NCBI GenBank assembly: GCA_034722955.1
Contig: JAYEOM010000001.1
Span: forward strand, 1,752-38,886
DNA from: Campylobacterota bacterium
Lineage (GTDB): Bacteria > Campylobacterota > Campylobacteria > Campylobacterales > Sulfurovaceae
DNA: 37,135 nt
Direction: 5' to 3'
The translations under genes and the position numbers were made by a program. Positions 1 to 8,671 of this stretch are shown one piece after another; position 1 is the stretch's first letter; every line of letters begins with the position of its first letter. The notes below the pieces were generated by a model. It had not been told where the DNA came from. It did no database searches and was given only the letters and a program-made list of their open reading frames with translations.

Positions 1-1
1 A

Positions 2-973
2 TTGAAATTTATAATCCTGTTTGTTATCTTTTGGATCCTTCTGCTGCTACTCTGGTCGCTACTCATACTAGGTCAAGTCGGCAATCCCACAAAGATGTCA
101 CAGTGGATCACTGATGCTTATGCCAAGAAGGAGCATATAGCCGGAGAGATCAGAGGAGAGAAGATCGTCATAGCAGCAGGCTCCAATGCTCTCTTCGGTG
201 TAGATAGCAAGATGCTCTCCGATGCCTTCGGGCTTCCTGTCATCAACGATAGTGTCAATGCCGGTATAGAGTTGCCATGTATACTTCATATGGCAAAACA
301 TGTCATAGGAGAGGGTGATATAGTCATCTTGCCTCTTGAGCATTCGATGTATGCCTATAGTGGCAAGCCCGGTATACAGATGATCGACTTCCTACTCTCA
401 AAAGAGCCGGGGTGCTTCTGGACTCTGCTACCATCTGAGCAGTTCTATATCATATGGCATACTACTATGGATCGCATCATCAAAGGATACAGAGCAGAGG
501 GTGGAGAGCCTATCACAGAGGGGCTCTACGGTGCTCATCACATAGACGATCTCGGTGATCAGAATGAGACAGAGATAGAGTATCGTACCGAGGCTATGTA
601 TCGGGAGGTGCGACAGAGGTACAAAACAAGCCCTCCCTATACCTACGGCGAGGATTTTAGCAGAGATGCTCCGGGGTGGTCTTATCTAGGAGAGTTTATC
701 GAGTGGTGCGACGAGAGGGGTGCTAGAGTGATCTTCATGCCGGCTACGCTGATGAGAGATGAGAGTTATTATAGTGAACCTAAAGAGAGGTGGTTTTTTA
801 CCCATATAGCCGAGGAGGTAGAGCGTCATGGATGGAACTATATAGGAGACCCATACGACTATATGTATGATCAGGAGCTATACTTCAACAGCGACTCACA
901 CCTCATAGATAGAGGCAGAGCTATACGAACAGAGCAGATGATCAGAGATATACAAAAAGCACTATCACTATAA
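2..973 (+). CDS. Membrane-anchored SGNH-like (DltD/AlgJ-like) periplasmic protein, possible polysaccharide O-acyl transfer component
   Basis: N-terminal hydrophobic anchor; IVIAAGSN (GDS-like Ser block) and C-terminal FNSDSHL (DxxH-like); such proteins usually follow an MBOAT gene, which would lie outside the window. TTG start at the window edge, so the start is uncertain. Confidence 0.55.
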   Translation: MKFIILFVIFWILLLLLWSLLILGQVGNPTKMSQWITDAYAKKEHIAGEIRGEKIVIAAGSNALFGVDSKMLSDAFGLPVINDSVNAGIELPCILHMAKHVIGEGDIVILPLEHSMYAYSGKPGIQMIDFLLSKEPGCFWTLLPSEQFYIIWHTTMDRIIKGYRAEGGEPITEGLYGAHHIDDLGDQNETEIEYRTEAMYREVRQRYKTSPPYTYGEDFSRDAPGWSYLGEFIEWCDERGARVIFMPATLMRDESYYSEPKERWFFTHIAEEVERHGWNYIGDPYDYMYDQELYFNSDSHLIDRGRAIRTEQMIRDIQKALSL

Positions 974-1012
974 GGCTAGTACTTCAAACGATTGTCTTGT
1001 CTATGAAAAACC

Positions 1013-2554
1013 TCATAAAGCTATTTGTGTGTTTATCTCCTTGGGGTAGCCTAAGGTTATTTTTTTCAAGTCGATCTCCGCAGATAGAGGATCCATACGA
1101 AATCTTTTGTCAGTCGCTATAACGATATCTGTACCTCTGACTCTATAGACAACATGGAGTTGTCTTTGATCCAGTATCCCCCTGAGTGCCTCAAGGGAAC
1201 TCATATTGAAGATAACAGTATCTGCCTCCTCGATCTGATAATCAAAAAAATCATTAATATAACCATACTCATCTTTGGTGAGAGTCTCAACCATGAGTGC
1301 AGCTAGAGGCTCATCAAACAAGATATCTCCAAAGTCTGATTTGTGTTTTGAGAGAGCAGAGACAAATTGATCACTGCTGCTCATAGTCGATAGATAGGCA
1401 AAATCAAACTTCTCCCAAGGTTTGGTATCAAAATTTTGTCTATTTCCGGGAAATAAGATGATAGATGATCCAGTGATAAGAGCAACAGATACTATTATCT
1501 TCTTGTAGCTGACCATCGACTGAGGATTGACCCTATGGGCTATCAGATAAGCAAACATCGGCCAAGAGAGTGCTGTGATAAAAGGGAAAGCATAGTAGTT
1601 GGAGAGGTGTCCGGGCATACTGCTTATCGCGATAAGTGACAAAAACAACCAAGGCAATGTAGCGATAAAACTACTCAATAAAAAAATATTTCTACTAACA
1701 AATGCCATCAAGATAGTAAAAAAGAGGGGGATATAGAGATAGGCTCTATCAGTGAGGATGAATTGGATCCTTCCTGATATAAAGTCTGCTGTCAAGTGAG
1801 CAAAGTGAGGTTTGCCCAGATAGATTCTCTCTAGTGCGTTGTCTCCGGGATAAAAAGTTTTTTGGAGATAGATCACGCTGAAACTATAGATCAAACCTAC
1901 AAGTGCAACAGCGATCAGCTCTTTTGGCAGAGATTTTTTATCTCTTGTCATCACATACATACTCAGAAGAACGATACTCAAGAGTCCAAAGAGGTGAAAG
2001 CCTGCATCCTCTCTTATGGTAAGTAGCATTAGAAACACAATATAGCTACTCTTTACATATCCGCTAAAATAGAGAGAGATAAACAGTAGCATCAATGCCG
2101 GTATCGCGATCTCTATATGTGGAAAACCTATCAACCCCAATGCTGCTCCATTCATCGAAGTGAGGATAGCGATCACACAAAGGAGAAGTAGAGATAAAAA
2201 GGTGCTATTGGGCAACAGTCTCAATCCGGCAACAAAAACAGCCAAAGAGATAAGACCATACATAGATCCTATAAAGAGACTATAGTATAGAGGGGGGGAG
2301 ACAAAATCCTCCACAAAGCTATAGAGAAAAGAGAGAGGATAGTAAAATAGGGAGAGGTGCGTTGAAAAATAACTTTCATCCAACAATCCAGCTAGAGGAT
2401 TGAGAAGGGGCCAACTATCTGTCTGGGTCATAAGAAAGGTAAACCACCCCACATCACATACTCCTGAACCAACGCCATAGTATTGATTCATCACATAGTT
2501 TGTAAATAGTGTAGTCGGAACCAGAAAAGATAAGATTAAAAGATAGATTTTCAC
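1013..2554 (-). CDS. DUF2079-like polytopic membrane protein, putative GT-C-fold glycosyltransferase
   Basis: About 10-11 hydrophobic segments; motifs DVGWF, HLSLFYYP, FPHIE and IREDAG resemble the DUF2079 D-x-G-x-F / HFSP / FH / KED pattern; GTG start overlaps the stop of the upstream GT gene (GTGA). Confidence 0.6.
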   Translation of the reverse strand: MKIYLLILSFLVPTTLFTNYVMNQYYGVGSGVCDVGWFTFLMTQTDSWPLLNPLAGLLDESYFSTHLSLFYYPLSFLYSFVEDFVSPPLYYSLFIGSMYGLISLAVFVAGLRLLPNSTFLSLLLLCVIAILTSMNGAALGLIGFPHIEIAIPALMLLFISLYFSGYVKSSYIVFLMLLTIREDAGFHLFGLLSIVLLSMYVMTRDKKSLPKELIAVALVGLIYSFSVIYLQKTFYPGDNALERIYLGKPHFAHLTADFISGRIQFILTDRAYLYIPLFFTILMAFVSRNIFLLSSFIATLPWLFLSLIAISSMPGHLSNYYAFPFITALSWPMFAYLIAHRVNPQSMVSYKKIIVSVALITGSSIILFPGNRQNFDTKPWEKFDFAYLSTMSSSDQFVSALSKHKSDFGDILFDEPLAALMVETLTKDEYGYINDFFDYQIEEADTVIFNMSSLEALRGILDQRQLHVVYRVRGTDIVIATDKRFRMDPLSAEIDLKKITLGYPKEINTQIAL

Positions 2555-5500
2555 CGAAGTGCTTCCAGCATATCGCCTAGTCTCTTGCCGACTGCGGAGT
2601 ATCTATGTGTTTGGCACCATTTGCCGGCATCTTCTCTCTGCTTTTTGGCTACTGTGGAGTTGCTCTTGATCTCATCTATGATCACCTCAAGGCTATCTGC
2701 CATCTCCTCTGCTGAACATCCGGAGAGTCTATAGACGGCTTGGTCTACATCTTCGAATATATCCAGAGGTGTCACAGCTACAGGCAGACCCGTAGCCAAC
2801 CCATAACGAACAGATGCACTAGATGACTCTCCCGTCTCCTGATAAGGGAAGAGTAGAAGATCACAAGAGCTTAGTTTGGCTAGAGACTCCTCATCAGGCA
2901 GATAGTCAGTTACCAACTCTATCTCTCTACTTAAACCCAATCTCTCTATCCTCTGTGATGCCTCCATCACAAGCTCATGAGAGATAGGTACAGGATACTC
3001 TGCATTGATCATCTTCAGCCCGATATCGACCCCTCTATCTGAGAGGATTTTGACTACGACTATCAACTCCGGTAGACCTTTGTGCGGAAGGAAAAAACCA
3101 TAACTACCCAACATAAATCTATCACTTCTCTCTCGATCACTCTCATAACTCCAATCTGGTATACCATGAGGAAAGAGTGTCACATTTTTGGTCAACCCAT
3201 GCCTCTTGAGATGATTTAGATCTCCGATAGAGTGTACTAACAGACGGGAAGCATACTCAAAGAGAGGAAGCAGTATCTTCAAATCTTTGAAGCGTATATG
3301 AGTCGGGTCAGTAGTAGCATGCATCATGACAACCACTCTATGCCCCTTTTCAAACTGCTGATACATAAACTCATAGAGATGATGAAAACTGAAAAAACCA
3401 TAATTGAACTGCAGTACGATAGTATCAAGTTTCAATCTATCTATAGTCTCCTCTAGCTCCCTAAAGGGCTTCTCCTCTCCTGCATTCCAGCATCGATAGA
3501 CAGAGGAGTCATCTACTGCAGTCTGCTCATCTGTATGAGCTGCCAATATCGTGACATCTTGAGAGATAGCCTCTATCAAGTGTCGTGAATAGGCTGCGAT
3601 ACCGCACTTTGTATTCCATGTAGTTATCCACCCTATATTTGCCTTTTTTCTCTCTATGCTTTTGCCAAACTCTCTCGATGCCTCTACTAGTCGCTCAGCT
3701 ACAAACATCCATCTATAGTTATCTAGCAGTAGAGTTCTGCCTACCTTTGATCTAGCTCTCCTCTCTGCTGCCGGTAGGCTATGTATCTCACGCATCAACA
3801 CCCCCAAATGCTCCCTCGATGGCTCTGCCCAGACCGAATCGGGGAGTCCAAAGTGTGTATCTGCTGCTGCAAAATCATAATCGATCAACCATGCTGTCTC
3901 ATCCGTACAAAAATCGAGCTGACCGCCCCACCCTGTCACGATGAGAGCCAATCCGGAGAGGATAGCCTCTGCAAAAGGTACTCCAAACCCCTCAGCTCTG
4001 CTAGGACCGACATAGGCATGGCACTGCTGATATAGTGACTTGAGTTGTGACGGGGAGAGATCATCCTCTATCACGATAACGGCAGGGAAACTTCTGCTAC
4101 TGCTCTTCGCCTCCTCTATCCATCTGTAGATCTCGTTGTGTGGGTTGGGGAATGTTTTGATGATCAAGACTACATCATCCTTGGCATCAAACTTTTCACC
4201 ATACGCTCTCAGCAGTAGATCTGCACCTTTTCTAGGAAAACAGGAGGAGACATGCAGAAAACGAAATGAGTGATCATCCTCTAGGATATAACTCTCATCT
4301 GCTACAGTACGCTCCCAGTGATCCACACCACAGCCGGAGGTGGCTATGGGTACCTTCACTCCGTTATCGATCATGATCTTCTCCACATGAGATGAGAGGC
4401 AAGTCATGCCGGTAAGGTGACGGTTGAAGTCTTGGACCCACTCTCTTGGAAAAGCGGACTCTTCCCAAGCATAATGGTGCAGCAGATTGATAGGAGACCC
4501 CATATCACTGACCCGTGGCGGATAGATATTTCTACTACTGATATCTACATCCCGTTGGCTCTCTCCGATCGACTTGAGATATAGTTTTTTCAACTCGGAG
4601 TGGGTATTTAGAAACCCCTCATTGGGGAGAAAATCTCCCGGACCCTCTGTCGAGTGCAACTGCAGATCATGTCCTAGTTTGCTCAGAGCCATGGAGGTTT
4701 CACGGTTGATCAATGCCAAACTATAAGAGCTGTCAAAGGGACCCTCAACCCTCCACTTTATACTCTCTGGCAGATCAAAATATTTCACATATTTTGATAT
4801 GGTTTTAAGAGTCAAAGAGAGTTCATCATAGCTATTTTCTATCTCAAAACGGCAATCCGTCTCTATATCTTCATCTAAAATGAGCTTCTCTATCTCCTCT
4901 GCCTCTGCTCTACTGAGTGTAAATAGAGCATCCAAAGAGGCGATGGTTTTCAACCGTTCGAGATACTCATCTCTCTCTAGGGACTCATCATCACTATCTA
5001 GGATGGCTCTGCTCTCATAGAGTATATATGTTATGGCTATGCCTCGATAGTGCATCATATTGTGCAGGAGAAGTCTATCTGAGTCTATCTCCTCTATATC
5101 AGATCCCACAAAGATATCTCCACAATAACTGTCGATAGGCTCATCGCTCAAGATACCTGATGGTATACTTAGCTGTTTGGTCGTAAATGTGCGAGCGTAG
5201 CAGTAGTGCGATCCATCTACCGAGAGATATATAGGCTCTACACGATACCCCTTGGGCGGAGAGGTCAGGATCTTCTCTAGAGATACGAGAAATCTCCTCT
5301 TGATCTCATCGGAGAGATCATCACGCTCTACGATAGCGATATCGACAAGTATCTGCTTGATCCTTGGTCGGGGTGGAAAGCTCTGTGCTATATCCGATGA
5401 CAAGCTCGATAGTTCATCGCTGCTCCAGTGCTCTATCTTTTCGGGTAGTGCCTGCATCAATCCATAGAGCTTGTCTGATGCATCATCATAAAAGTCTTCT

Positions 5501-7926
5501 ATCTCTATAGCATACTCCCTAGCACAATAGATTGGCTCATGCTCAGTGAGTATGATCTCTCTGGCTTTTTGACCGAGCATCACTCTCCTGCTCCTGTCAG
5601 AGTGCAGCGACTCAAGAGCCTCTATCAACTCCGAATCAGAAAATTCATCCGGCAGTATCACTAGCGCCTCAGGAGATAGATCAGCTATGGCACCGTTGGC
5701 ATTGACTATCGTAGCCAATCCATAATTCATACAGTCCAGCACTGCTGCTGAGCTTTCACCTCTGGAGTTCGTCCGCAGCTGTACACCTATATCCGCTGAT
5801 TGCAGATATCTCCTAAAGACCTCTATCGGAGTCCAATCTGTGATATGGATACGCTCTTTCGCATTTGACTTAGCACTAATATCTCGTATATCATCAGCAT
5901 ACTCTATCCCTCTGCTCTCTCCTACAAAGATGAGATGACACTGCTGATCCTCTGCCAACCGAGAGCCCAAAAACGCTTGAAGCAGGCGGTGGTTTAGCTT
6001 GTTTTGGTGTAGAAGTCCGAAACTGCATATGACAAATGCATCTTTGGGTAGACCTAGTGCTTCTCTAGCCTCTAGCTGACTATACTCCGGAGTAGGGATC
6101 CTAAGCAGAGGGATAACAGACCAAGGCAGAGCACTTCTCCCATACCACTGCTCTCCTAATCTTCGTGAATTTTCCGAGTGCACGATAACACCTAGTGCAT
6201 TTTGCAGTACGGGCAGGTTAGTTGGGTAATCCCCTATGGTGTCGTTGAGGATTTCAGCATCCAGATGATCTTTGAGGACTGCATATCCGTGGCTACGATA
6301 GAGACTCTGCGTCCAAAACTGAGGCTTGTAGCCACACTGCTCCATATAGGCACTAACTCCCGATAGATAAAAGTCATGAAGCACTACAACACCGGGGATA
6401 TCAGCAAGAAGATCAAACATATGTTTGTGGAAATGAGAGTTTCCAAAATGGTAAAGTATACGATCATAAGAGCTATGGTGCTCCCTAAACCACTCTACTC
6501 CTCTTACTCTACAGTTTTTCTCGATAAAGCTATCTGTGATGCTAGATTGATCTGTGATGAGCTCGATCTGATAGTGCTCACTCAGTGCAGGCAGAAGCTC
6601 TGCACTATAGTCACTGATACCACTCCGCTCAGGTGGCAGTGGTGAGAGATATGCCATAGATGGTTTTTTGGCTCCAAGTGGCTTGGTGATATCTCTCTTT
6701 TTTATCTCAGTTATCTTATCTTCGATAGCGGCTATAGAGGCTATAGCACTAGTATCCCAAGAGAATTTTTGGGCTTGTCTGACACCATGGCTCTTGAGTC
6801 GTTCTCGAAAAGGCTCATCGGTGAGAGCCTGCTCAAGCTTGGCAGAGATAGAGAGATCATCTCTAGGGTCAAACAGTGCCTCCTCCAGACCGATGACTTC
6901 GGGGAGACTAGATGTGTTCGATCCGATCACAACACGACCACACAGCATAGCTTCTAGTGCAGGCAATCCAAACCCTTCATGCCATGATGGAAAAACAAAA
7001 ACATCACATAGGTTATAGAAGAGTACCAGATCCTCATCGGAGACAAATCCCGTAAAGATCACCTCATCTTCTAGTAGTGCAAGCTCTTCGACAAGCTTGG
7101 TCAACCGTACTCTATCTGCCTCTCCCATCGAACAGACTATAGCTAACTGATATCTCTCTCTCAGATCAGCAGAGAGTAGTGCATAAGCTCTTATCAAACC
7201 CTCTATATTTTTGCGATAGTCCATACCGCCTGTATACATGATGAAAGATTTGTGAATCGCATATCGCTCTTCTATACCCTCTCTCTGCAGATCATCTACC
7301 TCTCTAGGGTAGAAGTGAGCATCAGCAGCTGTGGAGATATTGATCACATCATCTTCGGGAATATGGAGATAGTCGTGGGCCTCATTTTTGGCAGATTTTG
7401 ATATAGAGAGGAGTAGATCAGCTCTCTTGAGTGATTTGATCTTGCCTAGGTACCAAGCTTTTAGATCTGGATTTGAGAGATATACATCTTTGTGTATCAG
7501 TGGTATCAGATCATAGAGGATAACTGCTGTGGGTGTATGGCTGAAGCTCGCTACTGTTGTCACTGAGTCATCTCCATACCCCTCGAACAGGCTCATGACA
7601 AGCACCATGTCCGGTCTCAAACTAGCAAAAAATGCCTCTCTTGTACTCTCTGCAACTTCCCTTCTGGAGGTACTATCTTTATCTATATATAGAACTGGAG
7701 AGGGTACATGCCATATCACGATATTTTCTGGAGGGAGCAGCATCGAAAACTCTGCATATATAGCATCTGTCGCCTCAAGAAAGATAGAATTTAGTGCTAT
7801 GATGATCTCATGCTCTCCACGATTGGCGATGATAGCCTTAGCTAGAGAGAGGGTGTATCGACCTATTCCACGATTGCGTGAACTGTATGATTGAGCTCCC
7901 TGCAGATCTATGACTATACGCATCAC
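2551..7926 (-). CDS. Giant multi-domain GT4 glycosyltransferase, WbdA-like polymerising mannosyl/rhamnosyltransferase (1791 aa)
   Basis: N-terminus MRIVIDLQGAQ...RGIGRY typical of WbdA-type mannosyltransferases; four GT-B modules with nucleotide-sugar motifs EGFGLPALE, GESSAAVLD, EGFGVPFAE and GESSSASVR; lies downstream of wzm/wzt. Confidence 0.85.
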   Translation of the reverse strand: MMRIVIDLQGAQSYSSRNRGIGRYTLSLAKAIIANRGEHEIIIALNSIFLEATDAIYAEFSMLLPPENIVIWHVPSPVLYIDKDSTSRREVAESTREAFFASLRPDMVLVMSLFEGYGDDSVTTVASFSHTPTAVILYDLIPLIHKDVYLSNPDLKAWYLGKIKSLKRADLLLSISKSAKNEAHDYLHIPEDDVINISTAADAHFYPREVDDLQREGIEERYAIHKSFIMYTGGMDYRKNIEGLIRAYALLSADLRERYQLAIVCSMGEADRVRLTKLVEELALLEDEVIFTGFVSDEDLVLFYNLCDVFVFPSWHEGFGLPALEAMLCGRVVIGSNTSSLPEVIGLEEALFDPRDDLSISAKLEQALTDEPFRERLKSHGVRQAQKFSWDTSAIASIAAIEDKITEIKKRDITKPLGAKKPSMAYLSPLPPERSGISDYSAELLPALSEHYQIELITDQSSITDSFIEKNCRVRGVEWFREHHSSYDRILYHFGNSHFHKHMFDLLADIPGVVVLHDFYLSGVSAYMEQCGYKPQFWTQSLYRSHGYAVLKDHLDAEILNDTIGDYPTNLPVLQNALGVIVHSENSRRLGEQWYGRSALPWSVIPLLRIPTPEYSQLEAREALGLPKDAFVICSFGLLHQNKLNHRLLQAFLGSRLAEDQQCHLIFVGESRGIEYADDIRDISAKSNAKERIHITDWTPIEVFRRYLQSADIGVQLRTNSRGESSAAVLDCMNYGLATIVNANGAIADLSPEALVILPDEFSDSELIEALESLHSDRSRRVMLGQKAREIILTEHEPIYCAREYAIEIEDFYDDASDKLYGLMQALPEKIEHWSSDELSSLSSDIAQSFPPRPRIKQILVDIAIVERDDLSDEIKRRFLVSLEKILTSPPKGYRVEPIYLSVDGSHYCYARTFTTKQLSIPSGILSDEPIDSYCGDIFVGSDIEEIDSDRLLLHNMMHYRGIAITYILYESRAILDSDDESLERDEYLERLKTIASLDALFTLSRAEAEEIEKLILDEDIETDCRFEIENSYDELSLTLKTISKYVKYFDLPESIKWRVEGPFDSSYSLALINRETSMALSKLGHDLQLHSTEGPGDFLPNEGFLNTHSELKKLYLKSIGESQRDVDISSRNIYPPRVSDMGSPINLLHHYAWEESAFPREWVQDFNRHLTGMTCLSSHVEKIMIDNGVKVPIATSGCGVDHWERTVADESYILEDDHSFRFLHVSSCFPRKGADLLLRAYGEKFDAKDDVVLIIKTFPNPHNEIYRWIEEAKSSSRSFPAVIVIEDDLSPSQLKSLYQQCHAYVGPSRAEGFGVPFAEAILSGLALIVTGWGGQLDFCTDETAWLIDYDFAAADTHFGLPDSVWAEPSREHLGVLMREIHSLPAAERRARSKVGRTLLLDNYRWMFVAERLVEASREFGKSIERKKANIGWITTWNTKCGIAAYSRHLIEAISQDVTILAAHTDEQTAVDDSSVYRCWNAGEEKPFRELEETIDRLKLDTIVLQFNYGFFSFHHLYEFMYQQFEKGHRVVVMMHATTDPTHIRFKDLKILLPLFEYASRLLVHSIGDLNHLKRHGLTKNVTLFPHGIPDWSYESDRERSDRFMLGSYGFFLPHKGLPELIVVVKILSDRGVDIGLKMINAEYPVPISHELVMEASQRIERLGLSREIELVTDYLPDEESLAKLSSCDLLLFPYQETGESSSASVRYGLATGLPVAVTPLDIFEDVDQAVYRLSGCSAEEMADSLEVIIDEIKSNSTVAKKQREDAGKWCQTHRYSAVGKRLGDMLEALR

Positions 7927-8663
7927 TCTTGGCTCCTCTCTTTTGTCGCACTCTCATCTAGAGTATTGTGGATCTGCTTACTACGAGATGATAACTCTGT
8001 GGAGCTATCTGGGTGAGCTTGGATATCCTCTTTCGGGGGATGCTGATGGGCTTGGATATCCTCTGTTTGGGGAGGCTGTTTGGCAGGTACTTCTTTGTGT
8101 AGTAGTCTATTTTTTAGATTTCTCAGGTAGAGTACCGGTGCTAAAAGTCTCTTGATCACCCTTGTGACACGCTGCCACTTCGCCTCAAGCACTACACATC
8201 TATCGTTAGTTGCCTGCGCTATTTTGTGAATCTCATGGACACTCTTCTCTGCTTCCGTGGCTCTTCTCTCCGACTCTGCTGCTCTTCTCTCCGCCTCTGC
8301 TGCTCTTCTCTCCGCCTCTGCTGCTCTTCCGTTAGCTTCAGTTGCTTTGGATTTGGAGCTGACTGCTACTCTCTTGGTCTGGTCTGCTATGCTCTGTGCT
8401 TCGACTACTCTCCTCTCTGCACTTGCCACCTTTGCGTCAGCTCGTCCTGCCTTGAGCTCTGCATATCCTGCTCTAGAGAGTGATTCGAATAGTTTGGATT
8501 CCAACTCTACAAGATCTGCTTCCAATTGAGTCAAACTACTGGAGAGTTCACTATTTTTCTCTATCAATCTCTTCATGGATAGCTCTAAGCCACCTCTATG
8601 ACTCTGTAGTTGATTTGGTTTTCTCTTTATCCCTATAGTTGAATGATTTTTCAAGTTTGCCAC
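7923..8663 (-). CDS. Coiled-coil protein resembling the C-terminal (ruler/membrane-binding) part of WbdD-type chain terminators
   Basis: Heptad-rich Ala/Glu/Arg stretch (AAEAERR repeats), basic amphipathic segment WQRVTRVIKRLLAPVLYLRNLK, C-terminal LSSRSKQIH; fills the gap between two coupled genes exactly. Start is GTG 8663 or ATG 8576. Confidence 0.6.
   Translation of the reverse strand: MANLKNHSTIGIKRKPNQLQSHRGGLELSMKRLIEKNSELSSSLTQLEADLVELESKLFESLSRAGYAELKAGRADAKVASAERRVVEAQSIADQTKRVAVSSKSKATEANGRAAEAERRAAEAERRAAESERRATEAEKSVHEIHKIAQATNDRCVVLEAKWQRVTRVIKRLLAPVLYLRNLKNRLLHKEVPAKQPPQTEDIQAHQHPPKEDIQAHPDSSTELSSRSKQIHNTLDESATKERSQE
8242..8329. repeat. 21-bp tandem repeat (about 4 copies) encoding AAEAERR heptads
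   Basis: Unit ctcttctctccg(a/c)ctctgctg at 8261, 8282 and 8303, with partial or degenerate copies on both sides. Confidence 0.9.
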
Positions 8664-8671
8664 CTTATATT

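Noticed and set aside
3781..7894. Several 60-120 aa plus-strand ORFs inside the giant GT gene
   Set aside because: Antisense to a strongly supported CDS, with no recognisable motifs.
8226..8529. Plus-strand ORFs with LCCSSLR or SAALLSA repeats
   Set aside because: These are antisense readings of the 21-bp repeat in the coiled-coil gene, with no RBS or independent support.
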